Shown here: in pieces, positions 26,372 through 41,030 of the stretch | Numbering within the stretch: position 1 is the first letter of the stretch | Layout: every line of letters begins with the position of its first letter | Origin: Octopus sinensis | Taxonomy: Eukaryota | Length of the DNA: 64,000 nt | NCBI RefSeq assembly: GCF_006345805.1 | Contig: NC_042997.1 | Coordinates: forward strand, 124,000,001 to 124,064,000 | Direction: 5' to 3' | The notes under the pieces: model-generated | What the model was told of the DNA's origin: nothing | Seen by the model: the letters and a program-made list of their open reading frames with translations, nothing else | Databases searched by the model: none | Program-made: the position numbers and the translations under genes

Positions 26372-28515
26372 GAGAGAGAGACACGGAGCGAAAGAAAGAC
26401 AAAAAATATTTTTAGTTCATTGATCTTTTTCCTTTACGTGGTTCAGTTCAGTACGGTAGCTGACCGCAGTGGAACGATTCAGTGAGTTCTCTGTTGCCCT
26501 ATGCAGTGTATAGTTTATATTTTGGGTGTTTTCGTTGCTTATATATGTGAATGAAGCCCACTAACAAAATTATTAAAGTTTCACATAGAATGCTTTCCAG
26601 TATTCTTTTAGTTTCTCTGCCTTTCGAATTCAAATCATGTTCTAAAATGGTTACTTTTCATCCCTTCATTGTCAGTCAAGTTACCGGCATGATATTTTCT
26701 CCCCACCGCACTCTTTCTGATTCTCTTTCTCTCTCTCTCTCTTTCTCTATGTTTTCTCTTTCTTTCTCTCTCTTTCTCTGTTTTTTCTCTATCTTTCTCT
26801 CTCTCTTTTTGTGTTTTCTCTTCTTTTCTCTTTGGTGGAATTCTTCATCTTTACCTTTTATATGTACATATGTATATATGTTTTTCGCTTTCTTTTTCTC
26901 TCTACATTTTACCTACAATATCAAATTCCAGCTTAGCCAACCGAGTGAAATGATGAATGAGGATTACCTTAAGTAACATTTTTGCGGGTATTATTCAGCA
27001 GTTTGAACGTTGATTTCGTGAACGGAACTCTATCATTTTTGTTTGTAGATGATGACAAAATAAATGAACCGATTATGCATTGGCTAAGTACGTACGTTGA
27101 TTGAGGCGACGCAGATGAAAGACGTAGCGAGAATATATTTGATGCCTTCAAAAGATTTCATTAACTTCTACTAATTTTTCTGTGTATAATTGAAATAACT
27201 ATTGAAAATGTTGGTACACGCAACGAAAATTTTTGGAAAATAAAAATAAGAAATAAGTGGAAATTTTACCGGTGAGAGTGTTAAATAATAAGGCACAAAA
27301 AGAAAATAACTCTCTCCAGACACAGCAGAATATGCTTCAACACACGAACTCATATAAAGAATCTTGCAAACGAAATTCAAAAACGAAATGAAATAACTGT
27401 TTTCTTTCAAAGGATGAATGCTGTAATGCATGTGTTTTGTTTTAATTTATTGCATTTTATAAGGAATGTATTAATTATTAATACCTTGTTAATTGTTTTT
27501 TAAGTATTCGAATATTGATAGCATATTAATGTAACTTTCAAATTTTTTGTACAACTTGTACTTCTTGATATTTTCGTAATGTATACTAAAAGCGTCAATA
27601 ATCGTATGACAAAACCGTTAGAATAATGTCTTCATTTGTCGATTACTATAATATTTGTGGCTCGTAATTTTTATATACTCTCCACAATTAACAAAAGAAT
27701 AAAGAGTTGAATGTTGTGTTCTCACATTCGAGTACTCTTTAAGAAAGATGCCTCGACTACAATTCAGGCATATACACTTTACTTTAATTCCATTGCAATT
27801 AATACAGTCTACTCTATCGTAGTGATAGTTGTGTAGGTGAGTGACTCATCGTTGTTATTGATTTCCCTCTGACAAAAGAAGTTGCCTTCCTACTGCATTT
27901 CAAGAATAACCAATAAAATCCGATGGAGGACTGGCTTCTGTTTCATTCTGACAATGAACTGGACATAGCTGAGATTTATTATAATTGACATACGTATAGA
28001 ATGGAAGAAAAGCTTTGTGTTTAATTTCATTTCTTTCTAATCCACTGAAATATTTTAAAGTTATTTATGATCTTCTTAAGAGTCGTTTGAAGTTACTTTT
28101 CAATAGCTCTTAGCAAGAGATTGTAAAATAAATTTATTATATATTTTCCATAGGGATTACACTATATTTGTAAAGATGAACTAAACTTAATATCTTGTGT
28201 TTCCTTCGCTTTATCTATTTTTGTAATAATGCTCGAGTTTGTTACATGTTACTAGTGAGAATTGATCTTCTCCACAAGAAGCGCTTCTAATTTACACATC
28301 CTACAGATTTACTGCAGATGTTTTCAACTAAGAATTTCTATAGTTGAACAAGCTGTGTTTATATCTCCATATATTCTTGGACAATATAGAAACATCAAGT
28401 CGTTAGACTTTTAGGTTCGTATATTTCAGTAAATGACGTAATACTAGATTTAAGAAACAATATTTGCAGTGTTGTCAAAGATATATAGTTGTAATTTTGA
28501 TTTAGGTGGTGTATG

Positions 28516-28575
<60 letters not shown>

Positions 28576-28750
28576 CGCCATGATAGATTGCTAGCCACTA
28601 CACATTCTTTATTTTTCTGTGTTCTTTTCTGTGTAAAAACGTAGACTCGAAACGTTAAAGACTTTTTCACTTCCCGAGTTTTATACTTATACTAATACAT
28701 CTCTTTGTTGTCTACACCTCCTGTCTTCGTCTTTTTTTTGTGAATTCTCC
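28576..28750 (+). mobile_element. HHR-bearing short element family A (decayed copy) in (TA)n
   Basis: Homologous to 46114-46310 and 61322-61507; GACTCGAAACGTTAAAG remnant of the ribozyme. Confidence 0.75.
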
Positions 28751-28825
28751 ATATATATATATATATATATATAGGGAGAGAGAGATACATACATACATGC
28801 GTACATACAGACACGCACTCACAAA

Positions 28826-28862
<37 letters not shown>

Positions 28863-28887
28863 GCACACACACACACACCACACACAT

Positions 28888-28934
<47 letters not shown>

Positions 28935-29115
28935 AGATAGACATATCCATAGAAAACTGCAAAATCCTCATGCGCTAATGTAAACGATTACGCAATATCT
29001 TGCAGGTACGTCTCCGCATTTGTGTACAATAATCATAAAATATATTCAAATAGTCGCGCTAGAAAGTGAGTAGAAACCCTAACAACTATTCACAGTAACA
29101 AAGTCACCTCAAACT

Positions 29116-29347
29116 TATTTCTTTATTACCCTCAAGGGGCTAAACATAGAGGGGACAAACAAGGACAGACAATGGGATTAAGTCGTTTTCATCGACCCAA
29201 GTGCGTAACTGGTACTTAATTCATCGACCCCGAAAGAATGACAGGCAAAGTCGATCTCGGCAGAATTTGAACTCAGAACGTAACGGCAGACGAAATATCG
29301 CTAAGCATTTTTCCCAGCGTGCTAACGTTTCTGCCAGCTCGCCGCCT
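29116..29347 (-). mobile_element. SINE family 2
   Basis: Reverse complement of the 25600 and 63411 copies. Confidence 0.92.
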
Positions 29348-30534
29348 CAGTCTTAACATACCTAAAATATCCATTTTGAAATGAATTCATAGATTTTAAA
29401 GTGGCATTACATCGTCAATTTCAATTGTGTTAAGTGTCCAACTGACTTAGCTACAAACAATTTTATGGACCCTAACACAAAGCAAAAGCTCATTTTCTCG
29501 ATAAAAAATATTATAAATTATTTTTCACTCATGTGTTTACACTTTTACTTACAACCTTTGTTGAACTCTTTATCATACAAGAAAATCCCAGACCAAAATA
29601 AGATGGCCTCACCATGAACCTTCTACCAACTCACACTCTATAAACACACACACACACATACACATACACACACACACATACACACAAGCACACACACACA
29701 CATATACACACACACGCGCGCGCACACACACATATATATATATACGTACATTACCTCTCATCTCTTTTCTTCTATTGCACATATCTGCACAACTACATCT
29801 CCGGTCGAGGTATATCACACTTAATTAACATTTATATGGCTCTGCCTACACAAAATGTTACTATCCAAACAGAATGCAAATAAAGCACAATTTCAAGAAG
29901 ACAAGCAAGTCGAAGCTTCGAAGTCTCTATCAACATTATCCATCTAAAAGTTAGTACATATGGAGTTAGCAACATATGTTTAGTAAACCTTCAGTTTCAC
30001 GTTAAATTATTTTTATATCTGACTTCATTAATACGCATATATACGTGTGTGTGTTTGTGTAAATATATAGTCATGTATACATAAATATATGTACATTTTT
30101 AACCTATAAATAACTATATGCCTATAAATTATATATATTGTCCGCATCTCCATACGTTTTCCCCATCTAATGGTGCACTTCCATTTATTTCCTACTGTCA
30201 CCACACTATAACCATATTTTATCTCACTCTACTTCCCTTTCATTAAGTTCACTATTTTAACCAAATATAAATCCCAGTTTGCTATATTATATAGGGAAAA
30301 TATTCTCTCGTCAAATATTGATTTGAGAGACTAGTAACCTCAAAACTTGGAAAGAAAGAGTCATATCATATAAACACATACCCACATATACATACACAGA
30401 CGCACATATATTTAGCTATCTATCTACTTATTTATCTATCTACACCTATATATATGCACACACATATTCATACATACATACTTATATATATATACATATT
30501 TATATATGTATATATATATATATATATTATATAC

Positions 30535-30583
<49 letters not shown>

Positions 30584-30598
30584 TATATACATATATAT

Positions 30599-30645
<47 letters not shown>

Positions 30646-30659
30646 GCACACATGTATGT

Positions 30660-31336
30660 CATTATTCAGTTTATTTCAAGAGTTCATGCCAAATAGAGAA
30701 AGAACCTGTTTCTAATATAAGATCCAAGGCTCATTCATTGGTATTTTAACATCAACAACAGGGTATTTTTGTATGTATATATGTACATGCAGATTTGTAT
30801 ACTTTATGTATGTATTCTTATGCATATAGTTACATATCTAGACATGCTCATATATATTTAAATGATAAACTTTTGGAAAGTTTTACAGAATTTTACAGTT
30901 CCAGTGATTAACTGGATCCGCAGTCTTCGAATTAGCTTACCCCTTTCTGGTATCGAAAAGCCTAATTTCTCAAGATTGGTATTTAGGCAGTGTTTTGCAT
31001 ATCCTACGGCCCTAATAATTACAGGTATAAACCTGAAATTCGTAATCTGGATAGAGTAACCTCAGATTCCTCATTTGTTCAGCATAGGTGTTCTCTTTTT
31101 CACCGATCTTCAGCTGGGCAGCTAATTTCAATAACTGTGCACAGTTCCTCTTGTCTATCCCAAATCCTTATATCAGGTCTGTCGTGCTTACATTTTATTC
31201 AGGTCTTCAGTAGAACCTTCCACCAGTAGTCCTTTTTTATTATGAGTGGCTATGGCTTCTACCATATTGTGGGTTTTTATTTCTTTGTCCTCGGGACTAT
31301 TCTTCCGATGGATTTCATTACACACACACACACACA

Positions 31337-31368
<32 letters not shown>

Positions 31369-32110
31369 TCACAGGAACAAGTACGCACACACACAACCCA
31401 TTAGCTTTCTCTTCCCAACTGACAATTAACAAGAGGACATGTGGTCACGGAAATGACCGAATTTAATGTTTACATCATTGCGAGTTAAAACGAAAGATCG
31501 CCGGTTATCACATTTTACTGCTTTTCCTGCATTTCTATCCCCTCTGTGCATTAGGTACTTGGTTGATATTTCCTGTTCCTGGATTGCAAACGCATACCCT
31601 TCAAAGTGGGAGGTAGTAATCCGGCTATTGGTTCATGATAAACTACTTCGATGATTGATGTTACTATCATCACGAAGCTTTCTAACAACATATCCATGCA
31701 TAGTCTTCTACTGATATAGGATCATCATTTCATCTGATGATACGTTGCGGTAGAGTCATGGGGCATCTTTTGGGCATGTATTCTAGGTTATACGACAAAG
31801 AGTGTTGCTGAAGGAGCTGCTTTCCATGTCTTTTGATATTATCAGCCTCATGTATGGACACTTAGTCAAGGGATGCATTTCGACACTTGATTGTTAAAAG
31901 ATGTTGCGAAAGGGATATGATGCGATATTCAAAGGCATTTTTTCGTTTTAGGTAGAGGTGGTCTACGCCACTGTTTATGTGTAAATTATGTGTGCTTGTC
32001 AGTATGTTACAGGTTTCCACATCAATCGCTCGGATCTCATCTAGTGTCCAATGAAGCAGCCCAAATGTCGGTATGAATACTGATATATTGATACGGCTAT
32101 GGAACATGTA
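30660..32110 (-). mobile_element. R4/Dong-clade LINE 3' portion, interrupted by (CA)n
   Basis: IPTFGLLHWTLDEIRAID..VDHLYLKRK, MHGY, HFEGYAFAIQEQEI, IWDRQEELCTVIEISCPAE (REL), GTVKFCKTFQKFII*. Confidence 0.82.
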
Positions 32111-32599
32111 CAACCTGTGGAAAGGTATGCATTTCCAGAGGATGGATGATAAAAAAGACATGTCAAAGACTTCATACTGTGGAACCTGTTCCTTCTGCTA
32201 GTCAGCACAACTGTGCATTATTCAATAAAATATGTAAATCTTCGGCAGGGCTCAAGAGTCATGAAGGGCCTCAAATTGCGTTATCAATGACCCATATCAA
32301 GGTTTCTTTCTAGCAATGATTTTGCTCGTATACGAGAAAACAGCCACTATGTATGTGGTGGGGGGTCTGTGCTTCGTGAGGTTTATGTATACAAGCAGAG
32401 ATATGATTTAGAAATTTCAGCCTGTTAGCGCTCAAACAATCTAAGAAAGCTTTAGCTGGCCGAAATTGTGAAGTCACTAGTACCCCTCTACTAAAGATGT
32501 CCTTTAGTAAAACGCATAAGCTTTCAATATAATGTTAAATTGCCTTTATATAGAACTTGGCAAAATTAATAAATATGCATGTATACATACATATATATG

Positions 32600-32812
32600 A
32601 GCACCACCAGCTCAAATATTTTCTCCTCTGTCTTCCCTCCTTGGGATCTTTCCTTCTCCTTGTTTCCGACGAAGAGCTCCGCTCGAAACGTTAAACCCTC
32701 CTTCCTTCCCTTCTTTCCTGAGCGTCAATAATACTTTAATTGTTCCACGTCCTGCGTTGCTGTGTTTTTTTCTCATTTTTCTCTTTTTTCTGTGTTTTCT
32801 TGTTTGGATTAA
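32600..32812 (+). mobile_element. Short PLE-terminal-like element with minimal HHR motif (32662-32696)
   Basis: GTTT-CCGACGA-a-GAGC-tcc-GCTC-GAAA-CG-TT-AAAC; shares downstream TTCCTGAGCG with family A; ends at a (TA)n tract. Confidence 0.65.
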
Positions 32813-32878
32813 CTATATATATATATATATATATTATATATTATATTATATATATATATATATATAATATATATATGT

Positions 32879-32909
<31 letters not shown>

Positions 32910-33024
32910 TGTACTTTATTTACATTAATATATGTATATATTTATGTGTGTGTGTGTGTACTTATATACATATATATATACATGCGTATATTCATATTCA
33001 TATATATATATCTATATCCATATA

Positions 33025-33067
<43 letters not shown>

Positions 33068-34268
33068 AATTTAATAAATAAAACATATGCATACATACAT
33101 ATATATTTATACATACCTACATCTATATGTATATATACATGCATATATGAGTACAGGACACCACAAATAAACGTAGAACACAACGAGAAACGAAAACATA
33201 AAACCACATACACAGAAATAGATTGCGGGGAGTGAGAGAGATAACGAGACACATAATTCTCTAATTTATCCGTAATTCATTTTAAACCTTAACCCATAAA
33301 ACCTCCTAGTATATATCCCTAACTCTAACTCCCACTCATAATTAATTTAATATTCAACTAGCTCTTCCTTTGTCGACCACCTAGACACACACAGCCCCAT
33401 TGTTAAAAATAACTCTACAGCCACTGACCTTAGCCAGAACGGGACATTAGCAATTACTGCCAAATCTCCACATAAACAACTTTAGACTTTGAGACTACCG
33501 GACATCTACTAATCTTTTTAAATTCCTTTCATTTTGTTCTTTTCTTAATCCTATTTTTTTTTACCCTATCTACCTCTACTTCCTCATCCTCTCTCTTATC
33601 TCTCTTATCTACCCCGTACACAATTCTTAGACACCATACACATATGCACCTTACTTTATCCTGTAGTCAATCCTTAATATCACTCCTACCTCACTTTATA
33701 TACCTCTCATTCTCGTTCTTTTCCTTTTCTCTACTTTTACCAGTTAACAACCACCTCCGTTACCATTCTGATATTGAACGTTGATATTTTCGCGTCTTTT
33801 TTCTACTATACAAGGGCTTTAACCCACATGGATATAGGCAGGATTGCACCTAAGGACTCATGCTTTGGTCTCTATAACTTCAGAACGTTGAACAATACAC
33901 TTTTATGCTTCCTTTTTCTTCTCTCTGTCCATCCCCTTATTCTTTTACTCCCTTCCTCTATGTTATCATCCTATTGATATATACCATTCTTATTTTCCAT
34001 ATTTCCCCCCAATTTAACTCTTAATACGGAATATCCAATACTAGAAGATATCCCAGAAAAGCTGTAAGATTTTGAATTTTCTTCCTGTAATGATATTGTA
34101 TATAACTTGATATGTTTGCCTTGCCTAAATGTTTGACGCCATGTTTAACAATTACATAATACCAATATATATATATATATACATACATATTTCTATTATT
34201 CATTTTAATTAAGGTAAGGAACAAGCAATTTTTATAGATGTTAGGCTGTTCATATATATGTTTATATT

Positions 34269-34319
<51 letters not shown>

Positions 34320-35495
34320 CCATAAATATGTGTGTATGCATGTGTGTATATGCATGTGTGAATGAGTGTATATGTGTATGCGCGTGTGTGTACATTGTCG
34401 TTATATATTTACCAACGTGTTTCTGTTTATGATCTAAATTATCTAGTCTCTTTGTTATAATGCGGCTAATTTAGATAACGCCATCATACACATTTCAGGC
34501 AAGTTACTGAGAACTATTTGTTCTCCATATAAAAGCGAGCAGACTTATTTAGTGATTTATTAACTTAATTTTTTGTACTTGACCTCTCCATGGTAGATAA
34601 AATCATTTCATGAATCAGTATTTTTAATAATAGTCATGTTTGCTATATTTTTTTAGTAAAATAGAAAATAAAAAAATATGTACATTGGGGTAAATAAGTT
34701 TGTAAACTTATTTTGATATATGGCCGTAATCGTACATATTCTACGCCGAGATATTCTATATCACCACAACACAGTGAAGATTCAAACGATAATTACTTTT
34801 TAAAGCGAACCAATATTTTATTATCTCTATAAACAATGCCATGCACGTTTCTTTATAATCTACAGCAGCGCAGATCATATTTATCAGTCTGGCAGAGACA
34901 CTCAATGCTCTTCTGAGTTTTTTTTCTTTATATTCTTTTTGTTGGTCATCTTTCTGTTTAACAGTTATGATGATGCTGCTTCTTTATTTAGTCTTGTTAC
35001 TTTTAAACTTCATGCCTCTGTTACTGCTTCTATTGTATAAGTGTTACCATTAGTTTTGTCAAAGTGCCAAACGCATACATATTTAGGTTTGCTGGTTAAG
35101 TCTGAAAATGTCTCTGTTATTGCTAGATATGTTTCGATGTTTCAGTGTACAATAACCGTTAAGCGGAAGTTTTGTTTCAAGAAAAACGCAACAAAATGAA
35201 ATAAAATAAAAAAATTGATAACTCTCATGTTTATCTTATAGTAAAGTATAAAATCTGTTTTCTTTAGAAACAAGGAAAATATTCTGCGCCATTCAACCAA
35301 ATAATTGAATGCTGATTTTTCAACATAAAAATTTAAAGCATGATTTGTCATAAAATTATCGCCGCAATATATGTATCATGAAAGTATGAACGCATACATA
35401 TGGATACACACACGCACGCACACACACACACACATACACAGATATATACATACATACCACACACACACATACACATATATGTATATACATATATG

Positions 35496-35544
<49 letters not shown>

Positions 35545-35663
35545 ATATATATATATATATGTAATATGTATAGCACATATACTTTCACGCCTAGATTCAT
35601 AGGCACACACATATATGTACACCCCCCTTCCACACACACCATATACATACATTCATATATATA

Positions 35664-35713
<50 letters not shown>

Positions 35714-35714
35714 T

Positions 35715-35746
<32 letters not shown>

Positions 35747-35752
35747 CGTATG

Positions 35753-35783
<31 letters not shown>

Positions 35784-35948
35784 TGTATGTATGTATGTAT
35801 GTATGTATGTATGTATATATAAAACTTTGTAACAGATAATTCAGAGCGAGGTAAGTTAATTCCCTTACATTAAATATATGTAATGGCATCAATGTTCATA
35901 TAAATTACATGTCGTTGGAAGTTTTTGTTTTATATATTATATATATAT

Positions 35949-35993
<45 letters not shown>

Positions 35994-36011
35994 GAGTAAT
36001 TAATTAATGAT

Positions 36012-36503
36012 AGACGGAAGAATGAAGAAACGACAAACTTTATTGATGTTCTACAATCGTTTCAAACAATCTCGTATCAATACTTGCCGGTGGTTTACTG
36101 TACAACCGATTTAGGTGTGACCTTCGGGTGATTTCTGGAAGTTTCACGTTAAAATAAACTATATATCTACTAACGGTTATATCTGATATTTATTTTTTGC
36201 TGCAATGCATATTTGTTTCTTTTTGTAACTAAACTTTGTTTTAGATCTTGTATAAGAACGAAGCAATAACCCTTAATTTGGCATTTCTATGCACGAAGAC
36301 CAAGACGGCCTCATCTAGAAATAAGGTGTGCGAAACAGTTTATTTTAACGAGGTATACCATGGCATCACTTGAGGAGACACATCTACACCAAGGGAAAGA
36401 CCTAAACCAGATGTACAATATCCCTCCAGCGACGGCCGATGCTAGATGGGCCGAAACAATTGTAGCAATCAATAAAGATTTTCGTAGCTTCCATCTTCTG
36501 TCT
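36012..36503. mobile_element. PLE-type fold-back relic: inverted ~50-bp termini and a decayed HHR (36365-36469, + strand)
   Basis: 36012-36063 is the inverse of 36453-36503; tTGAGGA-GACACATCTA..TAGATGGGCC-GAAA-CAATTG-TA. Confidence 0.6.
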
Positions 36504-36890
36504 CTCGAAGTGCTTTACCGGCAAACTAACTTTTATATACAATATAATTTCTTAAATGTTTGTGTGTGCGCGCGCGTGTGTCTATCTGTCTGTCTGCTTG
36601 TCTTTCTGTCTTCGTGCATTTGAAAGTCTATGAACATTTTGAAGTGTAAAGTTGAATTTATGCATATATATATATAGAGAGAGAGAGAGAGACACGTAAT
36701 TACTATGAAGCAATGTTGTAGAATATGTTGTATAAACGATCGTGGGTAAGGCCAAAACAATCCGAAGTAAATGCAAGGTAAATCACAAGATTAATTCACA
36801 TATTTGGGTTTTTTTTTGTGTGTGTGTGATATACCTTGCATTTACTTCGCATTGTTTTGACCTTACCCACAATCATTTATACAATGTATC

Positions 36891-37125
36891 TCTCTTACTC
36901 TTTTCCTTGTTTCAGTCATTTTACTGTGGCCATGCTGGAGCACCGCCATTAGTCGAGCAGATCGATCACAGGACTTATTTTTTGTAAGCCTAGTACTTAT
37001 TCTATCGGTGTCTGTTGCCCAACCGCTAAGTTACGGGGACGTAAGCACACCAGCATCGGTTATCAAACGATGTGGGGGGGGGTGACAAACACAGACACAC
37101 GAACATATACACACACGTTCATATA

Positions 37126-37156
<31 letters not shown>

Positions 37157-37331
37157 ATATATTTATACATATATACGACGGACGTCTTTCAGTTTCCGTT
37201 TACCAAATCCACTCACAAGGCTTTGGTCGGCCCGAGACTATAGTAGAAGACATTTGCCCAAGGTGCCACGCAGTAGGACTGAACCCGGAACCATGTTGCT
37301 GGTAAGTAAGCTACTTACCACACAGCCACTC
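36891..37331 (-). mobile_element. SINE family 1 (tRNA head, CORE-like domain, internal TA microsatellite)
   Basis: Full-length reverse-complement copy of the 58249 element. Confidence 0.93.
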
Positions 37332-37552
37332 AGTCAAATTAAACATTAAATCTTGAACATTAAAAGTCACAAACAGAAACACAAAAGGATGTACAAATGA
37401 AATGTATCAGCTTCACCCTCAGTAAACATAGAAGAAAGAATATATTATTTTTCGTTTGAAGCTTTACTCTTCATAAAAAGGAAAAAAAGGGAAGGTGCAG
37501 AGAAATAAATATGTCCAGAAAAAGCACGCGTGTGTTTGCATGGCTGAATTTA

Positions 37553-37609
<57 letters not shown>

Positions 37610-38491
37610 CTCGTATACATTTTATATACATACACATATGCACGTACGTATAAGCATTCACGCATACATATCTTTAAAGATGCTCTATTGAGCCAAGTAA
37701 TCATTATGATAACACAATGGTTATACTATGATCGCTAGGTTAAATTTTGAACACGTACACTGGGTGCAGAAGTAAAAATATATTACATAATATACGTAAA
37801 TGATAACAAATATATTGCGGTATATATGAAGATGTTATACTTTTCTTTCAAAATATTTTCTCAGAGTTAAGAAAATAAGTTACTTGTAAAATGGTTAATT
37901 TATTTAAAGAACGTCGTATAAAAAATATCCTATTACTTCTCAAGATTATTTTCCATTAACTTCCACACAGTGTATACGATGTCGTGACGCTTTTAGAGTT
38001 CATGTTATCTAACAAAATTTAGATATGTTATGATAAAGCTCCAGATATCATACGCTGTGTTAATCTAATTCATTTTGGACATCACAATATCGTTACAAAA
38101 ACATGCCGTTCCTTCAAACCCGAATATGCAATATTCGCTTAAATAATATCAATAATTGGATAATTAAAGTTGTGTTTACTAGGTTGAAATGAAGTAAAGT
38201 CCCACTGTCACGTACCTACTCGTTACAGTAAAACCATAAATATATTTACCGGTTTTGACATTTCAATAGGGTAATTATTAAAGTATGATGTATTTGAGTT
38301 AATAGCACGCTGCTTTCCTAAAAACGGTAATACAATATGTTACTAATTATAAGACATCGCCCTAATGATATAACTTATTTCAACAAACAAAATAATCAGA
38401 ATAATTCAAGAGAAAATTTATAAGATATCTGAATGCAATAAAATGTTTTTCATGTCAAATAGTAATTTCAAGAAATAAATAGGCTAGAAGA

Positions 38492-38573
38492 AATGTAGTT
38501 TATCATTCTGCCTATGAATGATAATCTCATTCATAGGGGTTATCATTCATAGGCAGATGATAAACATAACATT
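38492..38573 (+). other. Near-perfect ~80-nt hairpin (pre-miRNA-sized)
   Basis: GTTTATCATTCTGCCTATGAATGATAATCTC / GGGGTTATCATTCATAGGCAGATGATAAAC with a 7-nt loop, one bulge and two G-U pairs. Confidence 0.7.
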
Positions 38574-39333
38574 GCAAAACGTGAAACGCTACGATCACAT
38601 TTCCTTTCTCCAAGGCTTGTATACACATCATTTTAGTCACTGATGCTTTACAAATACCAGGTAGCGCTGTCTCAACTGGGTTATTTCTGATGATGCGCAT
38701 ATAAACATGTGCGACCGCATAAAATTATAAGTCATCTGATAATTTGCCAAATATCAAACCTTCAATAAACATTATGTTCCTCTTACAGAATATACGTTCC
38801 CTCAGAACTTGGTAAATACATACTCCATTTCTTGCAAACCGACCGACGTTTTTCGTGTCTACTTGATTTCTTGACTATCTCATTTGTGATTCATCAATTT
38901 TGTTCAATCGTTACATCTCAGAGCAGCAACCGCTGAAACACGCTCTACAAACTTTACTTATTCATGCAGACACCGAATTATGGATGTATATATTTCTCTG
39001 AAATTACAGCAACCACTTCGCCCTCACCAGTCCGAGCAGAGTTACAAAGATCTTGATTATATCGATCTCAACTGTGCAACAGCCATGGGTGCAGCGCTTC
39101 CCCCTCTCACTCAGTTACGCATATTGCATCAGTAGCACTTGCATCAGACAAAAACGGAATGTGATGGAATAATGTACTGGAGGGTATTGTACCGAGGTAG
39201 TTAGTCCAATTTCAATTATATTACTACAAATATATCATCGGAATAACTCTTTAATTACATCACATATGTTGTTGATATACGTAGGCATGCCATTATACTA
39301 TGGCAATTATATTACATATATCCGCAATATTGA

Positions 39334-39671
39334 AGGCGTATGGCTCAGTGGTTAGAACGTCGAGCTTACGATCGTGAAGTTGTGAGTTCGAATCCCGGAC
39401 CGGGCTGCGTGCTGACGTTCTTGAGAAAGACACTTTATTTCACGTTGCTCCAGTTCACTCAGCTGTAGAAATGAGTTGCAACGTCACAGGTGCCAAGCTG
39501 TATCGGCCATTGCCTTTCCCTTGGATAACACTGGTGGCGTGGAGAGGGAAGGCTGGTGTGCGTGGGTGACTACTGGCCTTTCATAAACAACTTTGCCCGG
39601 ACTTGTGCCTGGGAGGGTAACTTTCTAGGTGCAATCCCACGGTCAATCATGACCGAAGGTGGTGTCAGCAC
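39334..39671 (+). mobile_element. tRNA-derived SINE family 3 with 12-bp TSD
   Basis: A-box TGGCTCAGTGG, B-box GAGTTCGAATCC; TSD CCGCAATATTGA / CCGCAATACTGA. Confidence 0.9.
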
Positions 39672-40992
39672 CCGCAATACTGATCTAACTAACAAATAGT
39701 ATTGATGATGAAATATGTATTTGCCTTTAAAACACAAACAAAATTACAGTATATAGCTGTATCTTAAGATACAGCAATAATTTCCTCAGATACTTTATAA
39801 GAAAAATAAAACAATATTCATTCTGTCTATCGTGAGAAATATTTAAAAATATGCGTTGAATTTCCAGATCCTATTGTAACTTGAAATAATTCAAAATTTA
39901 ACAACTAATCATTTGCAAAGAAAAAATATATATTTCTAGAACAAAATTTCTTTGACCACTTTAAGTATCGTAATTCAAGGTCAAATTTACTTTAAAAAAT
40001 CATCATTTAATTTGCTGAAAATAGGAATAAAATAAGCGAAAACAATAAAATGCTATGAATTTCTTCACCATTATTTGCAAGAAAATTTTTCACAGGTGCT
40101 CTAATTAAATGTTTTATTCGCAATCAATATAGTTTATGAATTTAGTTAATCTTAATATCGCAGTGTATAATTTATTCATGTGCAGGTGGAAGGATATAAT
40201 TCCTATCAGTTTATTTTAATGAACAATGATATTGATTGAAATGCGAATTGAAAACTGGAGGGAAACATGCGTGAAGTGATACACATCTAAAGATAAAATC
40301 TCTTCAACTATCACGGAATAGAATGAACAGATAAAAATAAAATTTAAAAAAAAGCCTTTCTAACTGCCTTTGAAGGATAAAACGTTCCAAACTAAGGTTT
40401 ACTTGAAGACTTTGAATTATTGGTATAAGGCATAAAAATCGATTGGAATGCATTTTCACTGTTCTGTTGGGAATACTGTGGAAGCAAAGCAAAGTCAAAA
40501 CCGGAAGTATTTGAAGTAAGGGGAAAAGAAACAAAATTATATTTTGCAGTCATATGGATTTTAAGCAACTATAAACGTTTGTTTCGGAGAAGATACATAA
40601 AATATATTTTATTAGAGTACCTTCTTTTGAAGATCACATTTAGATAGATATATGAAAAAATAACAGTAAAGTGAGTCATATAAAAATATTACTATTTATA
40701 GCAACGAAGGGTGGAACCGGACAACTTACTAAAGCAGGTAAAATATAAAAACTAAACAAGCCTTGCATTTACTTCCTAAAAGATTTTTACAAGTGTTTCA
40801 ATTAAGGAAATCAATATTAAAAATGAAACCTGAGTCTAACTTACAAAAAATAAACACTTGTATTTTTTAGTTGAGGAAATATTTGACGCTTATAATGAAA
40901 GAATTATTTAGTATTAAACTCTCAAATAACTAATTGAAAAGAAACCCCAATGTTACGTGTATACAATATAACTTTAATTATATACATATATT

Positions 40993-41030
<38 letters not shown>

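Noticed and set aside
39010-39197. GC-richer exon-like segment on the + strand
   Set aside because: Stops in all frames, weak donor, no recognisable product.
39334-39410. tRNA-like sequence
   Set aside because: No closed acceptor stem; continues into a SINE body with a TSD, so it is a SINE head and not a tRNA gene.
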